A stretch of DNA of 64,000 bases from Hyphomicrobiales bacterium (GCA_016744975.1 JADGDI010000004.1:8159-72158), one strand, 5' to 3'; shown: positions 40,890 to 52,347, numbered from the stretch's first letter. A program made the numbers and translations. Notes: a model not told the origin generated them from the letters alone.

Positions 40890-40984
40890 CAAAATACCTT
40901 TTAACAGAATCATTCAATATTTGTAGCCAATTATTGTGGCGAAAGAAAGAGGATTATGAGGTTGAAAACGCGAAATTTAGCCAG

Positions 40985-41026
40985 TTAAAACCAAAACAGG
41001 CTGTTTAATTCAATTTAAACAGCCTG
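40985..41026 (-). terminator. Rho-independent terminator downstream of ftsK
   Basis: Perfect 12-bp stem CAGGCTGTTTAA / TTAAACAGCCTG (40997-41026), followed on the minus strand by TTTTGGTTTT. Confidence 0.75.
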
Positions 41027-41052
41027 AAATTTGAGATTTTATAGATTATAGA

Positions 41053-44000
41053 TTAAAACTCACTGACGTCACCAACCAAAATATCGCGCTTTCCAGCATG
41101 ATTGGCGGCGCCAATAACGCCTTCCTCTTCCATGCGCTCTATAATTGTCGCGGCTCGATTATAGCCGATGGATAATTTGCGTTGAATATACGAGGTTGAG
41201 GCTTTTTTATCACGTGCAACAATTGCTACTGCTTGATCATAGAGGTCTAATTCTGCGCCATTCTCATCTGTGGTTGGCAATGAATCATTACTTGCTGCAT
41301 CGCCTGTAGCTTCGGCGTCGGCCTCAAGATCAACCGTGACATCGTCAATATATTCTGGCACACCTTGGCGTTTTAGATGATTAACAATGCTCTCTACTTC
41401 TTCATCTGAAACAAATGCACCATGCACCCGCGAGATGCGGCCGCCCCCTGCCATATGTAACATATCGCCTTGGCCAAGCAATTGCTCCGCGCCCATTTCG
41501 TTCAAAATGGTACGGCTGTCAATTTTACTGGTCACTTGGAATGAAATACGGGTTGGGAAATTGGCTTTGATCGAACCTGTTATCACATCCACCGAAGGGC
41601 GTTGGGTTGCGGTAATAATATGAATGCCAGCTGCCCGTGCCATCTGTGCCAAACGTTGAATGGCCGACTCGATTTCTTTGCCCGCGACCATCATTAGGTC
41701 GGCCATTTCATCAATCACAATAACGATGAATGGCAATTCTTTATAATCTAGCGCTTCATGTTCATAAACTGGCTGGCCTGTTTCATGGTCAAAACCGGTT
41801 TGCATGGTGCGCATGATCGGCTCGCCTTTTTCTTCGGCAGCTTTAATGCGTTGGTTATACCCTTCGATATTTCGCACACCCATTTTGGACATTTTTTTAT
41901 AGCGACTTTCCATCTCCCTCACACTCCATTTAAGTGCTACAACCGCTTTTTTAGGGTCGGTTACCACTGGCGTAAGCAAATGGGGAATGCCATCATAAAT
42001 TGACAATTCAAGCATTTTTGGATCGACCATAATCAGCTTGCATTTGTCGGGCGAATGTTTGTAAAGCAATGATAAAATCATCGAATTAATACCGACGGAT
42101 TTACCAGAACCTGTGGTACCTGCAATTAGCAAATGTGGCATGCGAGCAAGGTCAACCACAATCGGCGTGCCATCGATGCTTTTGCCCAGTGCCATTGGCA
42201 ATTTATATTTATCATTGTTAAATTCTTCGGCCGAAATAATCTCATTCAAATATACAGTGTCGCGGCGCTCATTTGGCAATTCGATGCCGATCACATTACG
42301 CCCTGGTATCACTGCGATCCGAGCTGAAACAGCGCTCATCGAGCGGGCAATGTCATCAGCAAGGCCAATTACCCTTGCTGATTTAACACCTGGGGCTGGT
42401 TCAAGTTCATATAAAGTGACAACAGGACCAGGGCGAACATTCATGATTTCGCCTGAAATTCTAAACTCTGCCAATACATTTTCTAAAATTCGGGCATTGG
42501 CGGCCAGCACCTTTTCAGAAATGCCTGAAGCAGTTTCGCTATTTTCTGGCATAGCCAGCAGGTCAATTGACGGCAATTCATAAACACCATGGTTAAAGCC
42601 TTGTTGGGCTTCAGAAATGACGCGGCCACGGCGGACATCTACCTTTGGAGCGCTTAGGTCAAATGGTTGGTTATTTAAACTCTGTGTATCAGAACTGTTG
42701 CAATTGGCAGCTTGTGGCGTGGCCGGTACAGCTATCTGCGGTTCAGTAGCTATTTGCGGTTCAACAGCTATTTGCGGTTCAATAGTTATCTGAGGTTCAA
42801 CAGGTGCTTGCTGGGCGATTGGTTGTTGTGGAGCGGCGGGTGTTTGCGGTGCTGCAAATTGTGGCGCGTTGGGCAGAGATGCTTCAAATTGTTGATTCAG
42901 CGGTTCACCAAACGGAATATCATCATCAAATGCAGGATGTTTTGCTGCTAACACGGGAGAAGGCGTTAAAGGGGCAGGTGTATCAAAAAACTGTGGTGTG
43001 CTAAAGTCAGGTTCAAAGTTTGGTTGATGATTGGCTTCTGGGTTTGGTTGTGGCGCAAATGGATGTGAAGGCGTATTTTGCGTCATAGGTGCAGAATTCT
43101 GTGCCGAAATTGGTGCTACAACCCGCGCTGCTTGAGCTGGGCTACTGTCTGCCCAATAATCTTCATAACTATTTGGGCCATCATAAAAATCGCCCATTTC
43201 GGCACTGCCGACGACTTCACGGTGAACGGATGTCTGCTGTGTAACTGTGTTTTGGGCAGGCTCGAGAGTTGGTGTATGATTGATATGATAAGGGTCAACA
43301 ATATGCTCTTGTGGTTGAGATTGTGGTTGAACATGGCGTTGTTGGGCATGAGTCTGCTGCGCATAATTTTGCTTTACTTCTTGGCTAAGTGCTGGGATAT
43401 GCGTGCGATCGATCGCATGTGTATTGCGCCTTATTGGCTCAAATGCATGCGGATTAAAACTAGGATCAACAACTTGGTTATCTGCATCTGCACTCGGTTT
43501 AAAACCGGACATGATTTTTGAGAAAAACTGACCAGTTTTCGCTTTTAATGGATTGTAGTTACGCTTATCCAGATTTTTTGTATCTTCAGGTTTAGTGGAT
43601 AAAAAGTCGGGGGCGTTTTTCATATCAGTCTCATTCATATCTATATTATTGGGTATATTTTCAACATTTTCTAAATTAGAATTTTTATTGGTCAAATTCT
43701 GATAATTTAGTGGGGCTTGATCATCTGCTATTTTCCAAGGCTTTTTGTCATTCTGAAAAGGGTCTTTATTTCTGGCGTTTAAACGGGCAATGAAATTTGC
43801 CAAACTTAGTGATTTCACACCTATTTGACCCGTTTTGGATTTAGCGACACCAAGCAATTGTGCGCCTGATTCAATGCTGGATTCATTTAAAAATGTTAAG
43901 GTAGCCAACATTTCTTTAAACCGCATACCACAGGCATATAAGCCCAGTGCAACACCGATAACCGCCAGTAAAATAGCAGCAAGGCTACGCGATGCGATAT

Positions 44001-44565
44001 GTGATGATGAGCCAAGCAAGTCGGCTAAAATGGATATGGTAACCTTGCCACTGATGCCGCCAAACCCAGTTTCAAGTGGCCATGCACCAAAAATAGGCAG
44101 GGCAGATAATGCACCCGCTAAAAAACACCCTGCGACAATCCAAGCAAAGGCGCGCAATATGGGCCGTTGAATTAGCCTATGGCGCGTTAAGCTAAAACCC
44201 ATTATTAGCAATGGAATGAGCAAAAATAAAACTGCTATGCCAAAAGTTTGAATGAGGAAGTCGGCAAGATATGCACCAGTAATACCGAGGCTGTTTTGCG
44301 CAATATCCGATGTTGCATGGTTAAGGCTTGGGTCAGTTGGTGACCAAGAGTAGATGGCGATAACAGTGAAAGCCACGGCTAAAATGGTTAGCAGACCCAC
44401 CACTTCAAAAAATCGGTTTAACAAAAACTGCTTCAAACTATTTGGCATCAAACGACTGTCGTCCAACACCTCATCTTGATGGTCAAAATTTGGATGCTGT
44501 ATGCCGTGGCTTAAATTCAATGGGGTATATTTAGTCTGTTCAGAATTTGGTATAAATTCACTCAT
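41053..44565 (-). CDS. ftsK: DNA translocase FtsK
   Basis: 1170 aa. N-terminal 4-TM domain, ~450-aa P/Q-rich linker, motor domain with Walker [13 protein letters not shown] and Walker [11 protein letters not shown], and a C-terminal gamma wHTH ([17 protein letters not shown]). Confidence 0.96.
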   Translation of the reverse strand: MSEFIPNSEQTKYTPLNLSHGIQHPNFDHQDEVLDDSRLMPNSLKQFLLNRFFEVVGLLTILAVAFTVIAIYSWSPTDPSLNHATSDIAQNSLGITGAYLADFLIQTFGIAVLFLLIPLLIMGFSLTRHRLIQRPILRAFAWIVAGCFLAGALSALPIFGAWPLETGFGGISGKVTISILADLLGSSSHIASRSLAAILLAVIGVALGLYACGMRFKEMLATLTFLNESSIESGAQLLGVAKSKTGQIGVKSLSLANFIARLNARNKDPFQNDKKPWKIADDQAPLNYQNLTNKNSNLENVENIPNNIDMNETDMKNAPDFLSTKPEDTKNLDKRNYNPLKAKTGQFFSKIMSGFKPSADADNQVVDPSFNPHAFEPIRRNTHAIDRTHIPALSQEVKQNYAQQTHAQQRHVQPQSQPQEHIVDPYHINHTPTLEPAQNTVTQQTSVHREVVGSAEMGDFYDGPNSYEDYWADSSPAQAARVVAPISAQNSAPMTQNTPSHPFAPQPNPEANHQPNFEPDFSTPQFFDTPAPLTPSPVLAAKHPAFDDDIPFGEPLNQQFEASLPNAPQFAAPQTPAAPQQPIAQQAPVEPQITIEPQIAVEPQIATEPQIAVPATPQAANCNSSDTQSLNNQPFDLSAPKVDVRRGRVISEAQQGFNHGVYELPSIDLLAMPENSETASGISEKVLAANARILENVLAEFRISGEIMNVRPGPVVTLYELEPAPGVKSARVIGLADDIARSMSAVSARIAVIPGRNVIGIELPNERRDTVYLNEIISAEEFNNDKYKLPMALGKSIDGTPIVVDLARMPHLLIAGTTGSGKSVGINSMILSLLYKHSPDKCKLIMVDPKMLELSIYDGIPHLLTPVVTDPKKAVVALKWSVREMESRYKKMSKMGVRNIEGYNQRIKAAEEKGEPIMRTMQTGFDHETGQPVYEHEALDYKELPFIVIVIDEMADLMMVAGKEIESAIQRLAQMARAAGIHIITATQRPSVDVITGSIKANFPTRISFQVTSKIDSRTILNEMGAEQLLGQGDMLHMAGGGRISRVHGAFVSDEEVESIVNHLKRQGVPEYIDDVTVDLEADAEATGDAASNDSLPTTDENGAELDLYDQAVAIVARDKKASTSYIQRKLSIGYNRAATIIERMEEEGVIGAANHAGKRDILVGDVSEF
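42728..42799. repeat. 18-bp in-frame tandem repeat x4 inside the ftsK linker
   Basis: Units begin at 42728, 42746, 42764 and 42782 (ACAGCTATTTGCGGTTCA-like). They encode [24 protein letters not shown] on the minus strand. Confidence 0.9.
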
Positions 44566-45773
44566 TTCTGAGCCCCCCTTGGTTTGTTAATATTGCTATA
44601 AAATGCAGTCATGCGTTTTAGTGCGCTCTTTGTATCCGCTAGATTGCCGACCAAAGCCACACGCAAATAATCATCCGCACCGCCTTCACTGCCAAGACTG
44701 GATAAATAACAACCTGGCAATGCTTTAATGGCGCAATGCTGCCATAAATCTTGAGCGGCTTTTACTCCCCCGCCATAAGCGGCCATATTCAACCATAAGA
44801 AGAACCCACCTTGTGGGCGCTCAAAGTCAAACATATTGCCTAAAATCTGTTCGGCAATGTCTATTTTTTGGGCGTATAAAGCGCGGCTTTCAACCACATG
44901 CTGCTCATCATTCCATACGGCTGTGGCAACATGTTGCAATGGCCCTGGTACTTGCGGCGCTGCAACCACGCGCATTTTTTTATAGCGGGCTATAAATGTT
45001 GCATCACCTGCACAAAAGCCAGACCTTAGACCAGGCAAGCTAGAGCGTTTTGAGAGGGAGAAAAAGCTAATAACATTTTTAAAGTCACCATCTTTAGCCG
45101 CAACTTCTAATGCCGAAATTGGTTTCTCGTCATAATAAATCTCACTATAACATTCATCTGAGAAAATATAAAAGTCATGTTTTCTGGCTAAAGCGATGAG
45201 TTTTTCATAATAGGCCTTATCGGCAAATGCGCCTTGCGGATTAGAAGGTGAGCAGATGAAAAACACCGCCATATTTTGCCATTGTGCATCACTAATACTG
45301 CCTAAATCGGGCAAAAACCCAGTAGATTTTGGTGTAGGCATGAATATAATTTCTGCTTGTGCGGCGATCGCGCCTGCAGCATAGACTTGATAGAATGGAT
45401 CAGGAATCGCCATAATCGGCGTGGATTTTTGGGCTTGTTTAACCGCTAATAATGCTGCATTAAACAAGCCCTCACGGGTGCCATTTAAGGTGCAAATATG
45501 CTGATTCATATCAGCAATATTCTCAAGTTTAAAACGCCTGTTTAGCCAGTTGGCATTAGCATTGCGTAGTGATTCAATGCCCAAGCCGTCGGGGTAATTG
45601 CCAAATCCTGACATATTGTCGATGATGATTTGCTGCACAAACTTAGGAAATTGATGTTTTGGATCGCCAATGGACATATCAAATATGCTCATTTTAGGCG
45701 TGGTGCCAGCAATTAACTGGCGAAGTTTCGCAAACGGACCTTGCGGTAATTTATCAAAAATATACGGTTCCAT
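44562..45773 (-). CDS. Class I/II PLP-dependent aminotransferase
   Basis: ~403 aa from ATG 45773 (the ORF track uses TTG 45788). PLP-lysine motif [15 protein letters not shown]. The stop overlaps the ftsK ATG by 4 nt. Confidence 0.8.
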   Translation of the reverse strand: MEPYIFDKLPQGPFAKLRQLIAGTTPKMSIFDMSIGDPKHQFPKFVQQIIIDNMSGFGNYPDGLGIESLRNANANWLNRRFKLENIADMNQHICTLNGTREGLFNAALLAVKQAQKSTPIMAIPDPFYQVYAAGAIAAQAEIIFMPTPKSTGFLPDLGSISDAQWQNMAVFFICSPSNPQGAFADKAYYEKLIALARKHDFYIFSDECYSEIYYDEKPISALEVAAKDGDFKNVISFFSLSKRSSLPGLRSGFCAGDATFIARYKKMRVVAAPQVPGPLQHVATAVWNDEQHVVESRALYAQKIDIAEQILGNMFDFERPQGGFFLWLNMAAYGGGVKAAQDLWQHCAIKALPGCYLSSLGSEGGADDYLRVALVGNLADTKSALKRMTAFYSNINKPRGAQK

Positions 45774-45945
45774 AACGACTCTAAACAAACTGAAACAACG
45801 GTTGCTAAACAGCCAGCAACAAAGCTAAAACTATCAAACCAGTGTTAAGACTAAGTTAAGAGTGAATCAATTGGGCATTAATTAATTGCAATTTTAAAGC
45901 TATGATTAAGAAAGGATTAATCAATAATTATAACCTTAAGTTTGG

Positions 45946-47199
45946 CTAGACAATATCAGATTCAGGCGTTGCGCTGATTTTATGGATGGTTAAATCTGCG
46001 CCATGATATTCTTGTTCTTCACTCAAGCGAATGCCAACGAGTTTTTTAAGGCTGCCATAAGTTATTAAGCCTGCTATGAGTGCCATTGAAATGATAATTA
46101 GTGAGCCAATTAGCTGCGCCCAAAAACTAACCCCGCCCAGACCGCCAAGGGCTTCTAGGCCAAATATACCCGCTGCAATGCTGCCCCATAAACCACAAAG
46201 CCCGTGCAGTGGCCAAACACCCAATACGTCATCAATTTTTAATTTACTTTGGCTAAAGTTAAACATGCTAACAAAAATCACACCAGCAATACCGCCAACC
46301 AATAAGGCGCCGATTGGGTGCATAATATCACTGCCTGCACAAACCGCAACCAGCCCTGCTAATGCACCATTATGGGTAAAACCTGGGTCGTTTCGACCAA
46401 TGACCAAGGCTGATAATATGCCGCCAACCATCGCCATTAGGCTATTCATCGCAACCAGCCCTGAAATATCGGCAGTGGATGCCGCTGAAATAACATTAAA
46501 GCCAAACCACCCAATACATAATAACCATGACCCTAAAGCCAACCACGGAATAGACGAAGGCAATATACCTTTCATTTGGCCTGACTTTGTATATCTGCCA
46601 TGCCGCGCCCCGAGTAATATAACCGCAACTAAAGCCAACCACCCGCCAAATGCATGAACAATTGCGCTGCCCGCAAAGTCATGAAACCCGTGGTTAAACT
46701 GCTCTGCTAACCATGCTTGAACGCCATAATTACCATTCCAAAACATACCCTCAACTAATGGGTAAAACAAACCAACAATTGAAGCGGTTGCAACTATTTG
46801 CGTCCAAAACTTTGCGCGCTCGGCAATGCCCCCTGAAATAATCGCTGGAATGGCAGCTGCGAAAGTTGCTAAAAAGAAGAATTTAACTAGGCTTAAGCCT
46901 TGGGGTGCATATGCGCTATCACCAACTGTTCCGCTTAGGGTTGCCGCATCTGCAAAAAAATGCCCGCCATAGGAAATATAATAGCCTAGGGAGAAATAAA
47001 TCAGCGTTGAAATGGCAAAATCTACCATGATTTTGACCAGTGCATTCACCTGATTTTTATGGCGAACCGTACCAACTTCTAAAAAAGCAAAGCCGCCATG
47101 CATGGCGAATACCAAAATGGCGCCCATCAATAAAAAGAAAACATCAACACCATTGGCCAATGAGCTAACGGGATCAAGAGAAGTGATTTGCTGTGACAT
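45946..47199 (-). CDS. amt: Ammonium transporter (Amt family)
   Basis: 417 aa, ~11 TM. Conserved FAFLEVG, DFAGS.IVH and GVWPLHGLCG motifs. Confidence 0.93.
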   Translation of the reverse strand: MSQQITSLDPVSSLANGVDVFFLLMGAILVFAMHGGFAFLEVGTVRHKNQVNALVKIMVDFAISTLIYFSLGYYISYGGHFFADAATLSGTVGDSAYAPQGLSLVKFFFLATFAAAIPAIISGGIAERAKFWTQIVATASIVGLFYPLVEGMFWNGNYGVQAWLAEQFNHGFHDFAGSAIVHAFGGWLALVAVILLGARHGRYTKSGQMKGILPSSIPWLALGSWLLCIGWFGFNVISAASTADISGLVAMNSLMAMVGGILSALVIGRNDPGFTHNGALAGLVAVCAGSDIMHPIGALLVGGIAGVIFVSMFNFSQSKLKIDDVLGVWPLHGLCGLWGSIAAGIFGLEALGGLGGVSFWAQLIGSLIIISMALIAGLITYGSLKKLVGIRLSEEQEYHGADLTIHKISATPESDIV

Positions 47200-47225
47200 A
47201 TATATCCTAATGTTTTGAATATATA

Positions 47226-47241
47226 TTCAATTATTATGCCA
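47226..47241 (-). promoter_or_regulatory. Weak sigma-54-type (-24/-12) promoter candidate upstream of amt
   Basis: The minus strand reads TGGCAT-AATAA-TTGAA against the consensus TGGCAC-N5-TTGCW. Spacing is correct and the -24 GG is present, but the -12 element is GA instead of GC. It ends 26 nt upstream of the amt ATG. Confidence 0.3.
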
Positions 47242-47369
47242 ACAAATATAGTGTTATAGATCAGGTGGTTATATGTTTGAAGCAATTTTGCGCCTAAAAA
47301 ATAGGCAAAAAACATAACTTGAGCCTAAATAAAAGGCATGGCCACAACCATCGTGATAGCGATTAAATA

Positions 47370-47834
47370 TTAAGCGGCATCAATATTTTTTGTTTTGGTT
47401 AATATCGCATAAAGACTGTCAACATTATCGGCGCCGCGAATGCCTGAAACATTTGTAGCATCGCGCATGAAGCGTGAAATACGGGCTAAAGCTTTTAAAT
47501 GATCTGCGCCCGCATTTTCAGGTACGATCAGTAAAAAGACGAGATCAACCGGTTTGTCGTCAATCGAGTCGAAATCGACCTCATTGTCCAATTTTAAAAA
47601 AATACCAACAATGTCAGTTAAGCCTTTAAACTTGGCGTGAGGAATGGCAATACCCTTGCCAACACCCGTAGAGCCGAGCCGTTCGCGCTCTAACAGGGCG
47701 TCAAATATCTCGCGTTGGTCAATTTTTGTGACTTTAGAAGCTTCACTGCTTAAATATTGTAAAATTTGTTTTTTACTGCTGGCTTTGGCGTCAATATAGA
47801 CACTGGTCGGTTGCAGAAAATTAAAAATTTCCAT
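47370..47834 (-). CDS. ptsN: PTS IIA-like nitrogen regulatory protein PtsN
   Basis: 154 aa from ATG 47834. The N-terminus MEIFNFLQPTSVYIDAKASSKKQIL fits the PtsN pattern. Phosphorylatable His in GIAIPHAKF. rpoN-hpf-ptsN synteny. Confidence 0.88.
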   Translation of the reverse strand: MEIFNFLQPTSVYIDAKASSKKQILQYLSSEASKVTKIDQREIFDALLERERLGSTGVGKGIAIPHAKFKGLTDIVGIFLKLDNEVDFDSIDDKPVDLVFLLIVPENAGADHLKALARISRFMRDATNVSGIRGADNVDSLYAILTKTKNIDAA

Positions 47835-47849
47835 ATCGTATATATAAAG

Positions 47850-47871
47850 AATGCAGAAACTAGTCTGCATT
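47850..47871 (-). other. Perfect 8-bp inverted repeat between hpf and ptsN (possible attenuator or processing hairpin)
   Basis: AATGCAGA-aactag-TCTGCATT, followed on the minus strand by CTTTATATAT. It lies between the hpf stop (47904) and the ptsN ATG (47834). Confidence 0.35.
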
Positions 47872-47903
47872 CACTCCATAAATTTTAAAGATTAGAGATT
47901 AAA

Positions 47904-48473
47904 CTAACCCTTTGGGTTTATCCACCCGATGTTCCCATCACTACGGCGGTACACCACATTAATAGTATCTTCAATGCCGTTTTTAAATAGTAAAAACGGG
48001 CTGTCCGAAATATCCATTTGCATCACTGCATCACCTACTGACAATTCGCTAATCTTTGCGACACTTTCTGCAATAATTACTGGCGACAAATCGCTAGGTT
48101 CTTGCTCAGAATCACTAGATGCTGCAATGATGACATCTGATACTTCCATCATCTTAATAGGGTTTAAGTTATTTTGATGATGGTTTTTTAAACGCCTTTT
48201 ATACCTTCTTAGACGTTTGTCAAGCTTTTCTGCTGCTTCATCAAAGCTAGCATAAGGATCACCATCTTTATAATGAGAGTTTAAATTCATACCAGAGTCT
48301 AGATGCAAGTTACATTCTGTGGTGAAGGTTTTCCCTTCCTTAGAGACCGTTATATGTGCTGAGGCACGGCCATGGTCAAAATATTTGGTAACAATATTGG
48401 TTATGGCGCTGTTAATATGCTCGCCAAACGCTTCGCCAATATCCATCTGTTTTCCGGTAAGTTGTATTTGCAT
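47904..48473 (-). CDS. hpf: Ribosome hibernation promoting factor (long HPF)
   Basis: MQIQLTGKQMDIGEAFGEHI..., 189 aa. AAGGAG lies 5 nt upstream of ATG 48473, and the ORF-track GTG 48479 lies inside that Shine-Dalgarno. Confidence 0.9.
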   Translation of the reverse strand: MQIQLTGKQMDIGEAFGEHINSAITNIVTKYFDHGRASAHITVSKEGKTFTTECNLHLDSGMNLNSHYKDGDPYASFDEAAEKLDKRLRRYKRRLKNHHQNNLNPIKMMEVSDVIIAASSDSEQEPSDLSPVIIAESVAKISELSVGDAVMQMDISDSPFLLFKNGIEDTINVVYRRSDGNIGWINPKG

Positions 48474-48793
48474 AATCACTCCTTAATATGCGGTTCAAAA
48501 AAATGAACGATTTAAGAGCCCAAATATAATAATATTTGAGGGGGGCATTGCGAAAATGACCCTCTGCAACAGATGAGAAGCTTTTTGAAAATTTACTTTG
48601 ATGAGAAAGCAAATTTGGCCTCGTGCATCAATTGTAAGTTTAGTGTAAGCCCGAAATTATGTTTTGGGCAAGTAAAAACTAATAAAAATTATTTTCATAT
48701 TTTTTTGTTGAGTTAATTCAAAATAATCACTGATGAAAATAAAAATATTAACCATTGTTTAATCATTTTACCAATTTTTCAAAATAATTTGGC

Positions 48794-50371
48794 TTATTTT
48801 ATTGCAAGTTTTTTCTGTTTTCGCCGATCTACTGAAGAAGCAATGTTAAGTGCTTCACGATATTTAGCCACGGTACGCCGAGCAATATTAATACCAGATG
48901 CCTTTAAGATAACTGCCAATTTATCATCAGAAAGAATTTTAGTTGGCAACTCGTCATCAATTAATTTTTGAATACGGGCTTTGACGGATTCTGATGCATG
49001 GCCTTCCCCGCCATTGGCAGAAGGCACAGAAGAGTTGAAAAAATATTTTAATTCAATTAGGCCGCGTTCGGTCATCATATATTTATTATTGGTCACTCGA
49101 CTAACGGTTGATTCGTGCATTTTGACAGCATCTGCAACAGTTTTAAGGTTGAGTGGTCGTAAATATTCCACCCCATAAACCAAAAATCCGTCTTGTTGTT
49201 TTACAATTTCTGTAGTGACTTTTAAAATGGTATTGGCGCGCTGCTCCAAACTTCGGACCAACCAATTGGCGTTGGCCAAACATTCGGTTAGAAACTCAAC
49301 ATCGACTTTGTCATTAACCGTTTTGCGAATGTCAGCATAATAATTTTGATTAACCAATATTTTTGGTAAGCTGGCGCTATTAAGTTCAATGCGCCATGAA
49401 CCATCTTTTTTTTGCCGCACAAACACATCAGGAATTACCGTTTGTACATTGGTGCTGCCATATTGTAAGCCAGGCTTAGGGTTTAGCTGTCTGATTTCAT
49501 TCAGCATTTCGGCCATGTCGTCGTCGTCTGCACCGCATATCTCTTGCAGTTCAGCTGTTTTATGCTCACCAAGCAGGGCAATGTTTTCGACAAATTTTTG
49601 CATCATTGGGTCAAGCCGATTAAGGTCGTCCAATTGCAGTGCCAAACATTCAGATACGTTGCGGGCAAAAATACCAATTGGCTCTAACATATGCAATTGC
49701 TTTAAGATGGCTTCAACCTTGCTAATATCAGTGTTTAATCTTTGGGCTACATTTTCAAGAGAGCCATTAAGGTAGCCGCCTTCATCTAGCATATCGACTA
49801 AATGTAATGCAATTGAGCGGTCCACAATGTTAAAAAATGTATAATTAATTTGCTCGGTTACATGATCTTTGAGTGATAAATCAGCGCTGTTTAACTCTTC
49901 TAAAGCTTGTGTGCCGCCATATTGATCCTCTCGCGTAGCAGTACTTGCCCCACCAGAAATATTATCCCAACTGCTGTCATTCTGGCTTTGGAATTGCTGT
50001 TCTTCTTGAGCTTTATCGGCTTTTGATTGATCGGCATATATATTGTCAAAACCAGTGTCTAACAACCCTTCATCGCGCGTTGGTAATTGTTCATTGCCTA
50101 GGTTTAATTCGCTCGCCTCGCCATCATTGCCACTGTTGGCGTTAGTGCCCGTGTCATCCATGCGGGCGTCATTGGTCGAGTTAGGTGACTGATCCGCCCT
50201 TTCACTTTGGCCTAAATCCACTTCAAGCAATGGGTTGCGTTCAAGTTCTTCGGCAATATGTGAAGACAGCTCAAGGTTAGACAATTGCAGCAGCTTAATG
50301 GCTTGTTGCAATTGCGGCGTCATCACTAAAGATTGGCCTTGTTTTAATTCTAACCGAGCGGATAATGCCAT
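48794..50371 (-). CDS. rpoN: RNA polymerase sigma-54 factor
   Basis: 525 aa. N-terminal MALSARLELKQGQSLVMTPQLQQAIKLLQLSNLEL, acidic region II, C-terminal HTH and the RpoN box ARRTVAKYR. Confidence 0.96.
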   Translation of the reverse strand: MALSARLELKQGQSLVMTPQLQQAIKLLQLSNLELSSHIAEELERNPLLEVDLGQSERADQSPNSTNDARMDDTGTNANSGNDGEASELNLGNEQLPTRDEGLLDTGFDNIYADQSKADKAQEEQQFQSQNDSSWDNISGGASTATREDQYGGTQALEELNSADLSLKDHVTEQINYTFFNIVDRSIALHLVDMLDEGGYLNGSLENVAQRLNTDISKVEAILKQLHMLEPIGIFARNVSECLALQLDDLNRLDPMMQKFVENIALLGEHKTAELQEICGADDDDMAEMLNEIRQLNPKPGLQYGSTNVQTVIPDVFVRQKKDGSWRIELNSASLPKILVNQNYYADIRKTVNDKVDVEFLTECLANANWLVRSLEQRANTILKVTTEIVKQQDGFLVYGVEYLRPLNLKTVADAVKMHESTVSRVTNNKYMMTERGLIELKYFFNSSVPSANGGEGHASESVKARIQKLIDDELPTKILSDDKLAVILKASGINIARRTVAKYREALNIASSVDRRKQKKLAIK

Positions 50372-50391
50372 ATTTTTTGAACACCCTTTGT

Positions 50392-51018
50392 TTATTGGCC
50401 TTTATGGGAGAAAATATCATGATCTGCCCAGCCCATCAGATCAAGCTCGGCGCGTGTTGACATAAAGTCAAAACAGGCTTTTGCCAAATGCACACGGCCT
50501 TCGCGTTTAAGCATCATGTCCAATTTATTCATTAAAGCATGTAAATATAATACGTCAGATGCGGCATATTTTTGCTGTGCTTCGCTTAGAGTTTCTGCGC
50601 CCCAATCAGAGCTTTGTTGGCCTTTATCCAGTGATTGGGCAATCAGCTCACGGCATAAATCTTTAAGGCCGTGATAGCTGGTATAAGTCCTGACCAATTT
50701 AGAAGCAATTTTAGTGCAATAGATTGGGGTGCACTCCACTTGCAGATATTGCTTGATCACGGCAACATCAAACCGAGCATAATGGAATATTTTCAATATT
50801 TTCTCATCACTCAATAAGCGTTTTAAATTAGGGGCGTCATAATTATCTCGGTCAAGTTGTACCAAATGAGCGACGCCATCACCAAAACAAAGTTGCACAA
50901 GGCATAAGCTGTCACGAAGTGGGTTTAGCCCTAAAGTCTCGCTATCAACGGCAACACTATTGCCAAATTCTAAATCATCGGGCAGGTCGCCATGGTATAA
51001 ATGGATCATGTTACTCAT
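50392..51018 (-). CDS. 3'-5' exonuclease, RNase D-like (DEDDy, short form)
   Basis: 208 aa. Exo motifs VAVDSETLGL, FHYARFDV and YAASDVLYL. Confidence 0.75.
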   Translation of the reverse strand: MSNMIHLYHGDLPDDLEFGNSVAVDSETLGLNPLRDSLCLVQLCFGDGVAHLVQLDRDNYDAPNLKRLLSDEKILKIFHYARFDVAVIKQYLQVECTPIYCTKIASKLVRTYTSYHGLKDLCRELIAQSLDKGQQSSDWGAETLSEAQQKYAASDVLYLHALMNKLDMMLKREGRVHLAKACFDFMSTRAELDLMGWADHDIFSHKGQ

Positions 51019-51333
51019 CGAATTTTCCGTAATGTTATAAATATTTGATTATGTTAGCCCTAAGCAGTTTGGCTATAAATGTCAAACCATCTCCAAGATA
51101 TTTAGGCCAGTGACAAGATCATTAGTGTGAAATTTATTTAAAATATAATATTCAAACCTTAAGGATCTATGATGATTTGAAACGAACTTTAGTCTATTAG
51201 ATGATGTCATCAAATTAAAATTAGCCAACTTTTAATCCATGCTAATTTGCGATAATATGCAGTTTTGACTTGAGTTAAGGCACAAGTCACCATATAAATA
51301 AATCAGATTAGATCGATTTAAAACAGGCATGAT

Positions 51334-52332
51334 ATGAAAAACCCGAACGAAAAAATTGTAACCATCATTGGCGGTTCAGGATTCATTGGACGTTATATTA
51401 CAAGGCAATTTGCTAAAGCGGGTTATCGCGTACGGGTCGCGGTCAGGCGGCCTGATTTAGCGGGGTTTTTACAACCATCTGGCGGTGTCGGTCAGGTTTT
51501 TCCAATTCAGTGTAATATTCGTTATAAAGATAGCGTTGAAAATGCGGTTAAAGGCTCGGACATTGTGATCAACCTTGCTGGCATATTAGATGAACGCAGC
51601 AAGCAAACATTTGCAAAAGTCAATGTCGAAGGCGCTGAATATGTGGCACAAATGGCAGCCAAGCACAATATTGCAACTTTGATTCATTTTTCAACCTTAA
51701 ATGCTGCACCCAAATCAGACAAAGAAGCGCCATATGACTTTTTTAACTCTAATTATGATGGCGAACAAAAAGTTAAGGCGGCATTTGCAAATGCTATAAT
51801 TGTGCGTCCTTCATTGGTGTTTGGCCCTGAAGACCGTCTGTTTAACGTGATTGCAAAATTTGCTAAAATAAAACGCTTTATTGCACCAATATTCAGTGAT
51901 TTAACCAAGCAATCCCAGCCTATTCATGTGTTTGATATTGCTAAGGCGGTATTTATTATGGCCGAGGGCGGCCATCAAGGGAAAACGTTTGATTTGGGCG
52001 GTACGGTAAAAATGACCATGTTAGAAATTGCGCAAAATACGCTACATGCCATCAACCGTGATATCAAAATCATTCATGTACCTGCATTCATTGCCAAACC
52101 TTTTGGCTCTGTTTGTACGATGTTGCCATATTCATGGATTACCCGTGGTGAAATGGTTTTGCATAATGTTGATAATTTAGTTTCAGATGAAGCCATAAAT
52201 GCTGGCAATACACTGGTTGGTCTTGGCATTGAAGGGCGCAATTGTAATGAGGCGATTATGCAATATTTACAGCATTTCCGCCCTGAAGGTGACTATGGTG
52301 TGCATGTGCTTAAACCCGAAGTTAAAGAATAA
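51334..52332 (+). CDS. NAD(P)-binding epimerase/dehydratase-fold protein (NDUFA9-like)
   Basis: 332 aa. Rossmann motif TIIGGSGFIGRYITRQFAKAGYRVRVAVRRPD, typical of alphaproteobacterial NDUFA9 homologues. Confidence 0.7.
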   Translation: MKNPNEKIVTIIGGSGFIGRYITRQFAKAGYRVRVAVRRPDLAGFLQPSGGVGQVFPIQCNIRYKDSVENAVKGSDIVINLAGILDERSKQTFAKVNVEGAEYVAQMAAKHNIATLIHFSTLNAAPKSDKEAPYDFFNSNYDGEQKVKAAFANAIIVRPSLVFGPEDRLFNVIAKFAKIKRFIAPIFSDLTKQSQPIHVFDIAKAVFIMAEGGHQGKTFDLGGTVKMTMLEIAQNTLHAINRDIKIIHVPAFIAKPFGSVCTMLPYSWITRGEMVLHNVDNLVSDEAINAGNTLVGLGIEGRNCNEAIMQYLQHFRPEGDYGVHVLKPEVKE

Positions 52333-52347
52333 CCAACTAAGCCTAAA

